Source: an uncultured Eubacteriales bacterium
GTDB taxonomy: Bacteria > Bacillota > Clostridia > TANB77 > CAG-508
Assembly: GCA_902787685.1 (NCBI GenBank)
Contig: CADAHH010000009.1
Coordinates: 18,581 to 82,580 of the forward strand
Direction of reading: 5' to 3'
Length of the DNA stretch: 64,000 nt
Shown: positions 28,051 to 37,099 of the stretch, piece after piece
How positions within the stretch are numbered: position 1 is the stretch's first letter
Layout of the letters: each line of letters begins with the position of its first letter
Notes under the pieces: model-generated
Told to the model about the DNA's origin: nothing
The model's input: the letters and a program-made list of their open reading frames with translations, nothing else
The model's database searches: none
Position numbers and translations under genes: made by a program

Positions 28051-29070
28051 TTGAAAGGAGATAGTTTTAAATTGACTAAAAATAAAAAAATAATAATAAT
28101 AGCTTTGATAATTATACTTATTATAGGTATTTTAATGGTAATTTTTGTCAAACCAAAAGCTAATAATAAGACTGATAAATTAAGTATTGTAACAACTACA
28201 TTTTCAACATATGATTTTACAAGGCAAATAGTGGGAGATAAAGCAGAGGTTACATTGTTATTAGGGCCAGGAGTTGATTCACACTCATATGAACCAAGTG
28301 CAGGTGATTTAATTAAGATTAAAAATGCAGATATATTTATATACATTGGTGGGGAAATGGAGCAATGGGTCGATAAGGTTTTTGAAACTGATATAATTAA
28401 TAAAGATAAGACTAAAATGATTCAGGTTACAGAATGCATAGAAACAATTGAAGAACAAGATGTAGATGGAGCTGAAGAAGAACAATATCATAATGATGAA
28501 GATAAACTCGATGAAGCTCATGAAGAAATACATGAACATGGAGCATTTGATGAACATATTTGGACATCTCCATCAAATGCAATAAAAATGGTAAAATACT
28601 TAAGTGAGCAATTCTGCAATTTAGATAAAGAAAATAAAAATATATATGAAAAAAATGCTGATAATTATATTGCTCAAATAGATGATTTGAGAACAAGAAT
28701 ACAGGAAATAGTAGATAATAAAAAAAGAGATAGGCTAGTTTTTGGTGACAAAATGCCAATGCAGTATTTTTTAAATGAATTCGGGTTGACCGCTTCTGCA
28801 GCTTTTAATGGATGTTCAACTGAAGCAGAGCCTAGTATAAAAACTATAACATATCTAATAAACAAAGTAAAAGAAGAAAATATTCCAGTTGTTTTATATA
28901 TAGAACTAAGTACAGGGAAAACTGCTAAATCAATAGCAAATGAAACAGGTGCAAAAGTACTGCAAATTCAAACTTTACACAATATAAGCAAAGACGATTT
29001 CAAAAATGGAGAAACTTATGTCAGTTTAATGCAAAGAAATTTGAAAGTGCTAAAAGAAGCATTGCAGTAA
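28051..29070 (+). CDS. znuA: Zinc ABC transporter substrate-binding lipoprotein (ZnuA/AdcA, TroA-like cluster 9)
   Basis: His/Asp/Glu-rich loop (HNDEDKLDEAHEEIHEHGAFDEHIW), DSHSYEP, and an N-terminal hydrophobic anchor. The true start may be TTG 28072. Confidence 0.85.
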   Translation: MKGDSFKLTKNKKIIIIALIIILIIGILMVIFVKPKANNKTDKLSIVTTTFSTYDFTRQIVGDKAEVTLLLGPGVDSHSYEPSAGDLIKIKNADIFIYIGGEMEQWVDKVFETDIINKDKTKMIQVTECIETIEEQDVDGAEEEQYHNDEDKLDEAHEEIHEHGAFDEHIWTSPSNAIKMVKYLSEQFCNLDKENKNIYEKNADNYIAQIDDLRTRIQEIVDNKKRDRLVFGDKMPMQYFLNEFGLTASAAFNGCSTEAEPSIKTITYLINKVKEENIPVVLYIELSTGKTAKSIANETGAKVLQIQTLHNISKDDFKNGETYVSLMQRNLKVLKEALQ

Positions 29071-29104
29071 TAACAAGTGAGAAATATTGAAGTAACATGA
29101 ATAA

Positions 29105-29294
29105 GAAAATAAATATATAAATTGAATAAGTGACGAATGTGATTGGAGGTCGTGTCAGAGAGAGTTGATTTTAATAAACTGAGGAAGCGCTGGCTTGCGT
29201 AGCAAGAGCAGTGAGAGGCTCGGTTTATTAAAATTTACTCTCTCTAGAGACCGTATTGAGCCGAGGAACGCATGAAATTTATATATTTATTTTC
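29105..29294. repeat. Long imperfect palindrome F2 (~190 nt) between znuA and znuC
   Basis: gaaaataaatatataaatt / aaatttatatatttattttc termini. Arms agagagagttgattttaataaactgag / ctcggtttattaaaatttactctctct. GC-rich apex gcgctggcttgcgtagcaagagcag. Confidence 0.8.
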
Positions 29295-29324
29295 GTTCTT
29301 AAAATTATGGAAAGGAAATAATAT

Positions 29325-29993
29325 ATGAGTATTATAAAAATCGAAAATATGTCATTTGGCTATACAAATTCTAGTGAAACACTTACAAATATAAATATGG
29401 AAATTAATGAAGGAGAATTTGTTGCAATTATTGGTGAAAATGGCTCAGGAAAGAGTTCTCTTATTAAATGTATTTTGGGATTAAATAAGATTCAAAAAGG
29501 AAAAATAGTCGTAAATGATAGAATAGGATATTTACCTCAATTAACAGAAATTCAAAATAACTTTCCTGCAACAATTGAAGAAATAGTATTAAGTGGAACA
29601 ATTCCTGACAATGTATTTAAGATTTTTTATACAAAAGATGATAGAAAAAAAGCAGAAGATGTTATGAAAAAGCTAAATCTTTATGATATGAGAAAAAAGT
29701 GTTTTGATGAGCTTTCTGGTGGGCAAAGACAAAGAGTGCTAATTGCAAGAGCATTATGTTCTACTGATAAAATTATTATTCTTGATGAGCCAGTAAATAG
29801 TCTGGATTCAAAAGTTGTAAGTGGAATATATGATATATTAAATGATTTATATAAAAATAAAGGAATTACAATAGTCATGGTATCACATGATGTAGAAAGA
29901 TGTATAAAATATTGTTCTAGAATTATAGAAATGGAAAATGGTAAAATTATAAAAGATATAAATTCAAAGGATTATAAGAAAAAGGAGGCTTAA
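29325..29993 (+). CDS. znuC: Zinc ABC transporter ATP-binding protein
   Basis: Walker A GENGSGKSS, signature LSGGQRQRVLIARAL, Walker B IILDEP. Confidence 0.88.
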   Translation: MSIIKIENMSFGYTNSSETLTNINMEINEGEFVAIIGENGSGKSSLIKCILGLNKIQKGKIVVNDRIGYLPQLTEIQNNFPATIEEIVLSGTIPDNVFKIFYTKDDRKKAEDVMKKLNLYDMRKKCFDELSGGQRQRVLIARALCSTDKIIILDEPVNSLDSKVVSGIYDILNDLYKNKGITIVMVSHDVERCIKYCSRIIEMENGKIIKDINSKDYKKKEA

Positions 29994-29994
29994 G

Positions 29995-30816
29995 ATGTTC
30001 GAAACAATTGGAGAAATGTTTAAACTTTCATTTGTAAATAGAGCAATAATTGTTGGAAGTCTAGTAAGTTTATGTGCAGCATTACTTGGAGTAAGTTTGG
30101 TCTTAAAAAGATATTCAAATATTGGAGATGGGCTTTCACATGTTGGCTTTGGAATAACAACTGTTGCTGTAGGACTTGGGGCTACAGCAACATTGCCAAT
30201 TGCAATACCAGTAGTTATAATTGTTGCAATTTTATTATTAAAAGTTGGAAACAATCATAAAATTAAAAGTGACAGTGCAATTGCAATTATATCTTCAAGT
30301 GCCTTGGCAATAGGTGTTGCTGTAACATCTGTAACCTCAGGATTAAATACTGATATATGTAATTTTATGTTCGGAAGCATTTTAGCAATGAGCATAAGTG
30401 ATGTTATTTTGAGTATTGCAGTAAGTATTATTGTATTATTTTTATTTGTAGTTTATTATAGAAAGCTCTTTGCAGTTACATTTGATGAAGATTATTCAAA
30501 AGCTATAGGACTAAAAACTGGAAGATATACAAATTTAATAGCAATATTGACTGCAATTGTAATTGTAGTTGGAATGAGAATGATGGGAACACTTTTAATT
30601 AGCAGTATTATAATATTTCCAGCATTAACTGCTATGAAAATTTGCAAATCTTATAAAAGAGTGGTTATTGGCTCTGGAATAATTAGTGTATTTTGCTTTT
30701 TGGTTGGAATATTTTTTTCATATGTTTATAATATTAGCACAGGAGCAATGATTGTAATTGTAAATTTGATTTTGTTTTTATTGTTTACTTTTCTTGATAA
30801 AGTAATAAAAGAATAG
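29995..30816 (+). CDS. znuB: Zinc/manganese ABC transporter permease
   Basis: 273-aa polytopic protein of the ABC-3 family type. 1-nt gap after znuC. Confidence 0.85.
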   Translation: MFETIGEMFKLSFVNRAIIVGSLVSLCAALLGVSLVLKRYSNIGDGLSHVGFGITTVAVGLGATATLPIAIPVVIIVAILLLKVGNNHKIKSDSAIAIISSSALAIGVAVTSVTSGLNTDICNFMFGSILAMSISDVILSIAVSIIVLFLFVVYYRKLFAVTFDEDYSKAIGLKTGRYTNLIAILTAIVIVVGMRMMGTLLISSIIIFPALTAMKICKSYKRVVIGSGIISVFCFLVGIFFSYVYNISTGAMIVIVNLILFLLFTFLDKVIKE

Positions 30817-30831
30817 AATTAAGCATGATGC

Positions 30832-31431
30832 ATGAAAAAGAGTGAAATGGTAATGGAAGATAAATTAAACAGATTATTTTTAGAATGTATAAATGAATTA
30901 AATAGAATTGGAATAGATATTTTAAATGAAAATCAATATGGTAAAATAGATATATCAATTTCAAAGCGTAATAATAAAAGATATGGATGTTGTAAACAAG
31001 AAGAACCAGACAAAAATTATAAAACAATCAATAAAATAAGAAGAAGAAAAATCATAAAATATGAAAAGTTTAATAAACATCATATTGAAATTAGTAAGTG
31101 GGTAATGGAGCTTGAAGATGATATTATAAAAAATACTATAATGCATGAATTAATACATTGTATTCCATATTGTAATAATCATGGTACCGAATTCAAAAAA
31201 TATGCTGAATTACTAAATACAAATTATGGATATGATATATCAAGACTTGGAGATAAGAAAAAAGATTTCGAAAAAAGCAATATTGAATATAAAGAAACCA
31301 AAAATTATAAGTACAAAGTTATATGCAAAAGCTGTAAACAAGAGTTTTATAGGCAAAGATTGAATAGAAATTTTACAAGAAAATATAGATGCGCAAAATG
31401 TGGCGGAAGATTTGAAATAATTATTATATAA
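30832..31431 (+). CDS. SprT-like zinc metalloprotease-domain protein with C-terminal zinc ribbon
   Basis: HELIHC (HExxH) plus CKSCKQ...CAKCGG. Confidence 0.55.
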   Translation: MKKSEMVMEDKLNRLFLECINELNRIGIDILNENQYGKIDISISKRNNKRYGCCKQEEPDKNYKTINKIRRRKIIKYEKFNKHHIEISKWVMELEDDIIKNTIMHELIHCIPYCNNHGTEFKKYAELLNTNYGYDISRLGDKKKDFEKSNIEYKETKNYKYKVICKSCKQEFYRQRLNRNFTRKYRCAKCGGRFEIIII

Positions 31432-31460
31432 AGTACAAAATGAACCAAGTGATAATTCAC

Positions 31461-32051
31461 TTAGTTCATTTTGTTCATATAATACTTTTTCTCAGCAAGT
31501 TTATCTTGAATTCCTCTTAAAGTTTCACCAAACCTTTGGAAGTGAACGATTTCTCTTTGACGCAAAAATTTAAGTGGGTCTAATACATCAGGATTATCTC
31601 GGCAAAGGTCAATTAATTTTTCATAAGTTGCTCGAGCTTTTTGCTCTGCTGCTAAATCTTCTTGTAAATTTGCAATAGGGTCACCTTTTGCTGCAATATA
31701 TGATGCTGTAAATGGAACACCAGCTGCAGATACAGGATATACATCTACACCATGGTCTGTATAATATGGTGCGAGACCTGCATTTTCAAGTTCTTCAATT
31801 GTAGCATTTTTAGTTAATTGATGAACTATGGTTCCAACCATTTCCAAGTGAGCTAATTCTTCAGTACCAATATCATTTAAAACAGCTTTAGCTGTTTGGT
31901 CTGGCATACCAAATCTTTGAGATAAATATCGAAGTGATGCTGCAAGCTCTCCATCTGGTCCACCATATTGGCTTATTATAACTTTAGCTAGTCTAGGGTC
32001 AGTTTGTTTAATATTAATTGGGTATTGCAAAATTTTATTATAAGTCCACAT
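31461..32051 (-). CDS. cotJC: Spore coat protein CotJC (manganese catalase-family)
   Basis: MWTYNKILQYP..., LSQRFGMP, EELAHLEM di-metal ligand motifs. Start set at the ATG that overlaps the cotJB stop (TAATG). Confidence 0.9.
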   Translation of the reverse strand: MWTYNKILQYPINIKQTDPRLAKVIISQYGGPDGELAASLRYLSQRFGMPDQTAKAVLNDIGTEELAHLEMVGTIVHQLTKNATIEELENAGLAPYYTDHGVDVYPVSAAGVPFTASYIAAKGDPIANLQEDLAAEQKARATYEKLIDLCRDNPDVLDPLKFLRQREIVHFQRFGETLRGIQDKLAEKKYYMNKMN

Positions 32052-32389
32052 TATCTGTTTCCTCCTTCCCAAGGCCAAGGTTCTTCAAGCCATCTCCATT
32101 TATTACATGGATAATTAATTGTAAGTGGGCCATAAATTTTTTGATAAATATCTTTAATTTCTTTCAATTCTTTACAATATTTATTATGCAAACATAAGGC
32201 TTTTTCATCATTAGGATGAGTGTCTAGATACTCGGCAAGTTCAACTATTGCAAATTCTAAACACTTAATTTCTTTAAGCATTTTCATTTGCTTTTCATTT
32301 TTACATTCACAAGGAGTTTCTTGCATTGTTGGTAATGTAGCTTCTGGCATACAAGGCATACAAGTTCTATCTTCATTTTCTACTGACAT
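32051..32389 (-). CDS. cotJB: Spore coat protein CotJB
   Basis: LKEIKCLEFAIVELAEYLDTHPNDEKAL is the CotJB signature region. The start may be an internal Met. Confidence 0.85.
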   Translation of the reverse strand: MSVENEDRTCMPCMPEATLPTMQETPCECKNEKQMKMLKEIKCLEFAIVELAEYLDTHPNDEKALCLHNKYCKELKEIKDIYQKIYGPLTINYPCNKWRWLEEPWPWEGGNR

Positions 32390-32757
32390 TTATTACACCC
32401 CTTTCCAATTGTATTTGTAGCTGCTAAATATTTAATTTCTTTCATAGAGTCTCCAGGGGAGTAAGGGCTAACTAATTCTGGAAAAAGAGTTCCATTTTTT
32501 AATCCAACACAAGGTTTAAATGTTTCACCCATTGTTTGAATTGGAACATAACTTTGACCAAGCATAGGATTTTCAGGAAAAACGTTTGATCTGGTATCAT
32601 CGTCAAAGCCACAACTGCAATTTTCATTATAATCTTGATTACACTCTATATTTTTACATGCATTTTCTATAATATCAGGTTTGGTGCAATTATTTGAAGT
32701 GTTTAAATTCATATAATTATTATTTAAACAACAACATCTTCTACGTATGTTTCTCAT
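32380..32757 (-). CDS. cotJA: Spore coat-associated protein CotJA with a Cys-rich N-terminal extension
   Basis: SYVPIQTMGETFKPCVGLKNGTLFPELVSPY matches the CotJA core. It precedes cotJB-cotJC. Confidence 0.8.
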   Translation of the reverse strand: MRNIRRRCCCLNNNYMNLNTSNNCTKPDIIENACKNIECNQDYNENCSCGFDDDTRSNVFPENPMLGQSYVPIQTMGETFKPCVGLKNGTLFPELVSPYSPGDSMKEIKYLAATNTIGKGCNKCQ

Positions 32758-32919
32758 ACTTAAAAATACCTCCTAAAATTTTTTATACTGTATTCTATTC
32801 TATAATAAGACAAAATGTTACAGAAATTTTACTTAAAATATTGAGAAATGCTTAATTTTGTGATATATTAGTTGTGTAAACAAGTTTATTAATAAAAATA
32901 ATAAAAGGAGGAAAATAAT

Positions 32920-33357
32920 ATGGACAAAAAAATCAATTCAGAAAATCTAAAAAAGAAAGGTGGAAAAACACTTCAAGAATTTAAAGACTTTATTGCTAAA
33001 GGGAATGTTCTAGATATGGCTGTCGGTGTTATTATGGGTTCAGCATTTGGAAAAATAGTAACATCAGTTGTAGATGACTTACTTATGCCTTTAATTGGTA
33101 TGGTAATAGGAGGAGTAAACTTTACAAACTTACATGTTACAATTAAAGATGCTACAATTACATATGGTAATTTTATACAAAATGTTATAGACTTTTTAAT
33201 TATTGCAATCTGTATATTCTTTATGGTTAAAGCAATCAGTAAAGTAACTAAGAAAAATAAAGAGGAAGAAATCGTTGAAGAAGAACCTAAAAAAGATGAA
33301 AATATAGTTTTATTAGAAGAAATTAGAGATTTATTAAAAGAAAAGCAAAATGTATAA
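32920..33357 (+). CDS. mscL: Large-conductance mechanosensitive channel
   Basis: FKDFIAKGNVLDMAVGVIMGSAFGKIVTSVVDDLLMPLIG is the canonical MscL N-terminus. Confidence 0.92.
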   Translation: MDKKINSENLKKKGGKTLQEFKDFIAKGNVLDMAVGVIMGSAFGKIVTSVVDDLLMPLIGMVIGGVNFTNLHVTIKDATITYGNFIQNVIDFLIIAICIFFMVKAISKVTKKNKEEEIVEEEPKKDENIVLLEEIRDLLKEKQNV

Positions 33358-33361
33358 TTTT

Positions 33362-33577
33362 TTCAATTTGGGACCGGGTCTTTTTTTGAAATTTCAATTT
33401 GGGACCAGGTCCTTTTTTAAGATTAAAAAATAACTAATCCGCGTCAGCACATCGTTTTTAAAAATCCGTATGGTGGGTATCCCTAAAGGGGGTACCATAG
33501 GATTTTAAAAATGATGTGCGGTACCCGGTCCCAAATTGCCAATTGTCGAAGGGGACAAAAAGAACCGGTACCAATGG
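33362..33577. repeat. Nested palindromic composite B2 (two REP units + flipped hairpin core + inverted REP units)
   Basis: caatttGGGACCGGGTC.. caatttGGGACCAGGTCC.. core (reverse orientation relative to B1 and B3) ..gTACCCGGTCCCaaattgcc .. aaaaagAACCGGTACCaatgg. Confidence 0.85.
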
Positions 33578-33670
33578 ACCCAGTTTGTCGAAAAATGGTG
33601 AAATACGACGATGAAAAATGGGAATAATTACCAAATGACTATTGCAAATTTTTCGACCCTATTATATAAT
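33544..33670 (+). promoter_or_regulatory. spo0A upstream region: two perfect 0A boxes (TGTCGAA), one near-match on the opposite strand, and a TTGCAA-17-TATAAT promoter
   Basis: TGTCGAA at 33544-33550 and 33586-33592. TTCGACC at 33652-33658. -35 TTGCAA at 33642-33647 and -10 TATAAT at 33665-33670. Confidence 0.55.
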
Positions 33671-33720
33671 AAAAACTGTAAATAATTTACAAATTTTTAT
33701 ATATTTAGGAGGAAAAAGCT

Positions 33721-34536
33721 GTGAACGAAAGAATAACAGTATTAATTGCAGATGACAATGAAGAATTTAGCAAAACTTTAGCAACATATCTTACAAACCA
33801 GGAAGATATGGAAATTATTGGAGTGGCCAAAGACGGCACAGAAGCACTAGATATAATAAAAGAAAAATCACCAGATGTAGCAATATTAGATGTAATTATG
33901 CCCCATTTAGATGGAATTGGAGTATTAGAAAGAATTAATTATAGTAAAAGTCTTACTAAAAAGCCACTTTGTATAATGCTATCAGCAGTAGGACAAGACA
34001 AAATTACAGGAAAAGCTCTAGCACTAGGAGCGGAATATTATGTAGTGAAGCCTTTTGATATTGAATTATTAATACAAAGGATAAGAGAAATCAAAAACTT
34101 TAAGCCAAAAGGTTCAAATAGTTTTATTATTAATGAAACTAAAAAAACACCTTACATAGATGTAAATTCAACTAAAACAGAAGATCAGCTAGAGGCATTA
34201 GTAACTAATGTAATTCATGGTGTTGGAGTGCCTGCACACATTAAAGGATATCAATATTTAAGAGAAGCTATTATGCTTGTTGTACATGATATAGATGTTA
34301 TTAATCAAATTACAAAAACACTATATCCAGAAATTGCTCAAAAATTTGGAACCACTCCATCAAGAGTAGAAAGAGCAATTCGCCATGCAATAGAAGTTGC
34401 GTGGGGCAGAGGAGAAATTGATTTGATGCAAAATATTTTTGGATATACTGTATCAAGCGCAAAAGGAAAACCAACCAATTCAGAATTTATTGCAATGATT
34501 GCAGATAAATTAAGATTAGAACTAAAATCAGCGTAA
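33721..34536 (+). CDS. spo0A: Sporulation master response regulator Spo0A
   Basis: Receiver domain (LIADDN...DVIMPHLDG) and the Spo0A-specific C-terminus ([50 protein letters not shown]). GTG start with RBS aggagg. Confidence 0.95.
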   Translation: MNERITVLIADDNEEFSKTLATYLTNQEDMEIIGVAKDGTEALDIIKEKSPDVAILDVIMPHLDGIGVLERINYSKSLTKKPLCIMLSAVGQDKITGKALALGAEYYVVKPFDIELLIQRIREIKNFKPKGSNSFIINETKKTPYIDVNSTKTEDQLEALVTNVIHGVGVPAHIKGYQYLREAIMLVVHDIDVINQITKTLYPEIAQKFGTTPSRVERAIRHAIEVAWGRGEIDLMQNIFGYTVSSAKGKPTNSEFIAMIADKLRLELKSA

Positions 34537-34541
34537 AAATG

Positions 34542-34567
34542 AAAGATGTCGAAAGGCATCTTTTTTA
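34542..34567 (+). terminator. spo0A intrinsic terminator
   Basis: aaagatgtc-gaaa-ggcatcttt stem-loop followed by ttttt. Confidence 0.65.
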
Positions 34568-34577
34568 TGTATTATTG

Positions 34578-34606
34578 TTTACATATAAAGAAAATTTTGG
34601 TATAAT
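34578..34606 (+). promoter_or_regulatory. Sigma-A-type promoter TTTACA-17-TGgTATAAT upstream of the 34.6-40.6 kb operon
   Basis: -35 at 34578-34583, extended -10 ending at 34606, 29 nt before ATG 34636 (RBS caggag). Confidence 0.6.
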
Positions 34607-34635
34607 TTTGAAAGAATAATTACAGGAGAAATCTA

Positions 34636-35244
34636 ATGATATTTATTAAAGAACAATGTTTAAATAAAATATGGAGAAAAGCAGTAAAAGAACTAATGGA
34701 AAATGGTTATACTCCACAAGATAATAGATTTTTAAAAATGGAGTCAATGGCAATAGAAATTGATGATCCTAAAATTGAAGATATTGATGAGTACTTTCCA
34801 ATGACACAGAAAGATATAAGCATTATAAATAATTATATAACTACTGGAGAAAATGAAGAAAAAGTATGTCACGAATGGACTAAATTATATTATCATAGAT
34901 TATTTGATGAGCCAAATTCTCAAATCAAATATATAATAAATTGCATAAAAAATGGAAAAGCTGGAATTGCTTCAAATTGGCTAAAAAAAGATCAATATTC
35001 AAAAATTAAACCTTGTATGATGAGTATAACAGCAAATAATGAAAATGGAAAAGTGTTCTTTAATTTACATGCAAGAGCATGTGATATATATAATAAACTT
35101 TTGATGAATTTACAAGAGTTTATTACATTACAATATTACATTGCAGAAAAAACAAATCTTGAAGTTGGTAGATTTACAATGTTTATAGACTATGGGCAAA
35201 TTTTGAGAGAAGATGAGGATACAGTTATAAAAATGCTAAAATAG
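34636..35244 (+). CDS. Short thymidylate-synthase-fold (ThyA/dCMP-hydroxymethylase-like) protein
   Basis: The order of blocks mirrors TS: LYYHRLFDEPNSQIKYIINCIK (YG..W....DQ...vi..lk), ASNWLKKD (s.WnP.d), KPCMMSI (catalytic-Cys position PCH), LHARACDIYNKLLMNLQEF (YQRS.D..LG.PFN). Assignment is by eye only. Confidence 0.5.
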   Translation: MIFIKEQCLNKIWRKAVKELMENGYTPQDNRFLKMESMAIEIDDPKIEDIDEYFPMTQKDISIINNYITTGENEEKVCHEWTKLYYHRLFDEPNSQIKYIINCIKNGKAGIASNWLKKDQYSKIKPCMMSITANNENGKVFFNLHARACDIYNKLLMNLQEFITLQYYIAEKTNLEVGRFTMFIDYGQILREDEDTVIKMLK

Positions 35245-35319
35245 TAGTAAATAAGAGTTAATTTAAAATATAGATATAATAATTACATAGATGTAAATAT
35301 ATAAGGAGTGTGATTATAT

Positions 35320-36456
35320 TTGGATAAATTATATTTTGACAACAATGCTACAACAAGAATTGATGATGAAGTATTAGATGCTATGATGCCATATCTAAAA
35401 GAGCAATATGGAAATCCAAGTAGTATTTATTCATTTGGAGCTAATAATAAAGAACAAATAAAAAAAGCAAGGAAAAATGTTGCAAAATTATTAAATGCAG
35501 AGGAAGATGAAATAATTTTTACAAGTGGAGCAAGTGAAAGCAATACCACTGCAATTATGAATGCGGTAAGAAATAATCCAAATAAAAAGCATATAATTAC
35601 TACAAAGGTTGAACATGCATCTATTATGGAAGCTATGAAGTATTTAGAAGAAAAAGAAAACTACAAAGTTACATATTTATCAGTTGATGTAAGTGGTAGA
35701 ATTAATATTGAAGAATTAAAACAATCAATTACAGCAGATACTTGTTTAATTGCTGTTATGATGGCAAATAATGAAATTGGAAACATATATCCTATAAAAG
35801 AAATTGGCAAAATAGCAAAAGAAAACAACATATTATTTCATACTGATGCTGTTCAAGCAATTGGAAAAATAAAAATTGATGTAAAAGATTTACAAGTTGA
35901 TACGCTTTCATTTTCAGGACATAAAATACATGCACCAAAAGGAATTGGAGTATTGTATATAAAAAAAGATACGCCTTTTATTCCGTTAATATTTGGACAT
36001 CAAGAAAAAAATAGAAGAGGTGGAACTGAGAATGTACCATATATAATAGGGCTTGGAAAAGCATGTGAGTTAATTTTGAATGATGAATATCAAAAGAGCG
36101 AAAAAATAAGGTATTTAAGAGATAAATTAGAAGAAGAAATAAAGCAAAACATAGATGATATTATTATATATGGAGATATTGAAAACAGAGTGCCAAATAC
36201 AATAAGTGTAGGATTTAAGGGAGTAGATGCAATTCAGCTGATGCTTATGCTTGAAGGTCAAACTATTTATGTTTCTACAGGTTCAGCATGTAATTCTGAA
36301 ATTGCAGAACCTTCGTATGTTTTAACTGCTTGTAATGCAGATGTAAATAATTATAGTCCGATTAGAATTAGTTTAAATAAAAATAATACTGAAGAAGAAA
36401 TAGAACTTTTTGTCAGAACTTTAAAAAATATAATTAAAAATATGAGGAGGAAATAA
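35320..36456 (+). CDS. nifS: Cysteine desulfurase (NifS/IscS class V aminotransferase)
   Basis: YFDNNATT, SFSGHKIHAPKGIG (PLP Lys), GGTENV, STGSACNS (catalytic Cys). TTG start. Confidence 0.88.
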   Translation: MDKLYFDNNATTRIDDEVLDAMMPYLKEQYGNPSSIYSFGANNKEQIKKARKNVAKLLNAEEDEIIFTSGASESNTTAIMNAVRNNPNKKHIITTKVEHASIMEAMKYLEEKENYKVTYLSVDVSGRINIEELKQSITADTCLIAVMMANNEIGNIYPIKEIGKIAKENNILFHTDAVQAIGKIKIDVKDLQVDTLSFSGHKIHAPKGIGVLYIKKDTPFIPLIFGHQEKNRRGGTENVPYIIGLGKACELILNDEYQKSEKIRYLRDKLEEEIKQNIDDIIIYGDIENRVPNTISVGFKGVDAIQLMLMLEGQTIYVSTGSACNSEIAEPSYVLTACNADVNNYSPIRISLNKNNTEEEIELFVRTLKNIIKNMRRK

Positions 36457-36457
36457 T

Positions 36458-37081
36458 ATGCCTGTTTTAATGAATTTTAAAATTTGTGATAATGCAGAAG
36501 CGTGTAATGCTATAAAAGTTTGTCCAACTAAAGCTTTTAGATGGAATGATAGCAAAAAAACACTTGAGATTGATAAAGATAAATGTATAGAATGTGGTTT
36601 ATGTGCAACATCTGAAGAAAGTTGTCAGGCAGGTGTAATTCATTTTGGAAAGACAGAGGAAGAAGTAAAAAAAATACAAGAAGAAATTGATAATGATCCA
36701 AGAACAATTAAAGATTTAATGGTAGATAGATATGGTGCTACTCCAATAAACAAGCCATTTAATTGTAGCGAAGAAGGATTAAATAAGGTTTTGACAGGTA
36801 CAAAGCCTATTTTAGTAGAGGTTTATAATGAAGATACAATAGATTGCTTAATTAAATCTATTCCTATTAAGGAAATATTTAAATGTATTGGTAACGAAGA
36901 TTTAAGATATAGAAAGGTTGAAAACACAACTGAAGAATTTTTATCTAAACACAATATAAAAGAATTACCATGTTTATTATACATTGAAAATAATGAGCTT
37001 AAATGGAAAATCGAAGGGTTTTATTCAGTTGAGGAAAAAGAAAAGTTATTTGATCAAATAAAGAATGTATGTAGATTATAG
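36458..37081 (+). CDS. 4Fe-4S ferredoxin domain fused to a thioredoxin-like-fold domain (no CxxC)
   Basis: CDNAEACNAIKVCP and CIECGLCATSEESC cysteine clusters. The C-terminal half has a Trx-like pattern (PILVEVYNED...LPCLLYIENNELK). 1-nt gap after nifS. Confidence 0.55.
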   Translation: MPVLMNFKICDNAEACNAIKVCPTKAFRWNDSKKTLEIDKDKCIECGLCATSEESCQAGVIHFGKTEEEVKKIQEEIDNDPRTIKDLMVDRYGATPINKPFNCSEEGLNKVLTGTKPILVEVYNEDTIDCLIKSIPIKEIFKCIGNEDLRYRKVENTTEEFLSKHNIKELPCLLYIENNELKWKIEGFYSVEEKEKLFDQIKNVCRL

Positions 37082-37099
37082 AATAGGAGATAAAGTCAT

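Noticed and set aside
30072-30260. A 62-aa Cys/Trp-rich ORF overlapping znuB in another frame, as a possible hidden peptide.
   Set aside because: It lies entirely inside a well-supported permease gene on the same strand in an alternate frame, with no RBS. It is most likely a chance ORF.
32051-32078. The 28-nt overlap between cotJB and the long form of the cotJC ORF, as a possible frameshift or fusion.
   Set aside because: CotJC homologues begin MW(T/V)Y.K.LQYP. The ATG at 32051 gives exactly that N-terminus and a normal TAATG stop/start overlap, so the longer ORF is just an upstream in-frame extension.
34547-34553. TGTCGAA inside the spo0A terminator hairpin as a functional 0A box.
   Set aside because: A 7-mer is expected by chance now and then. 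Here it forms part of the terminator stem-loop, and no promoter context supports a regulatory role.
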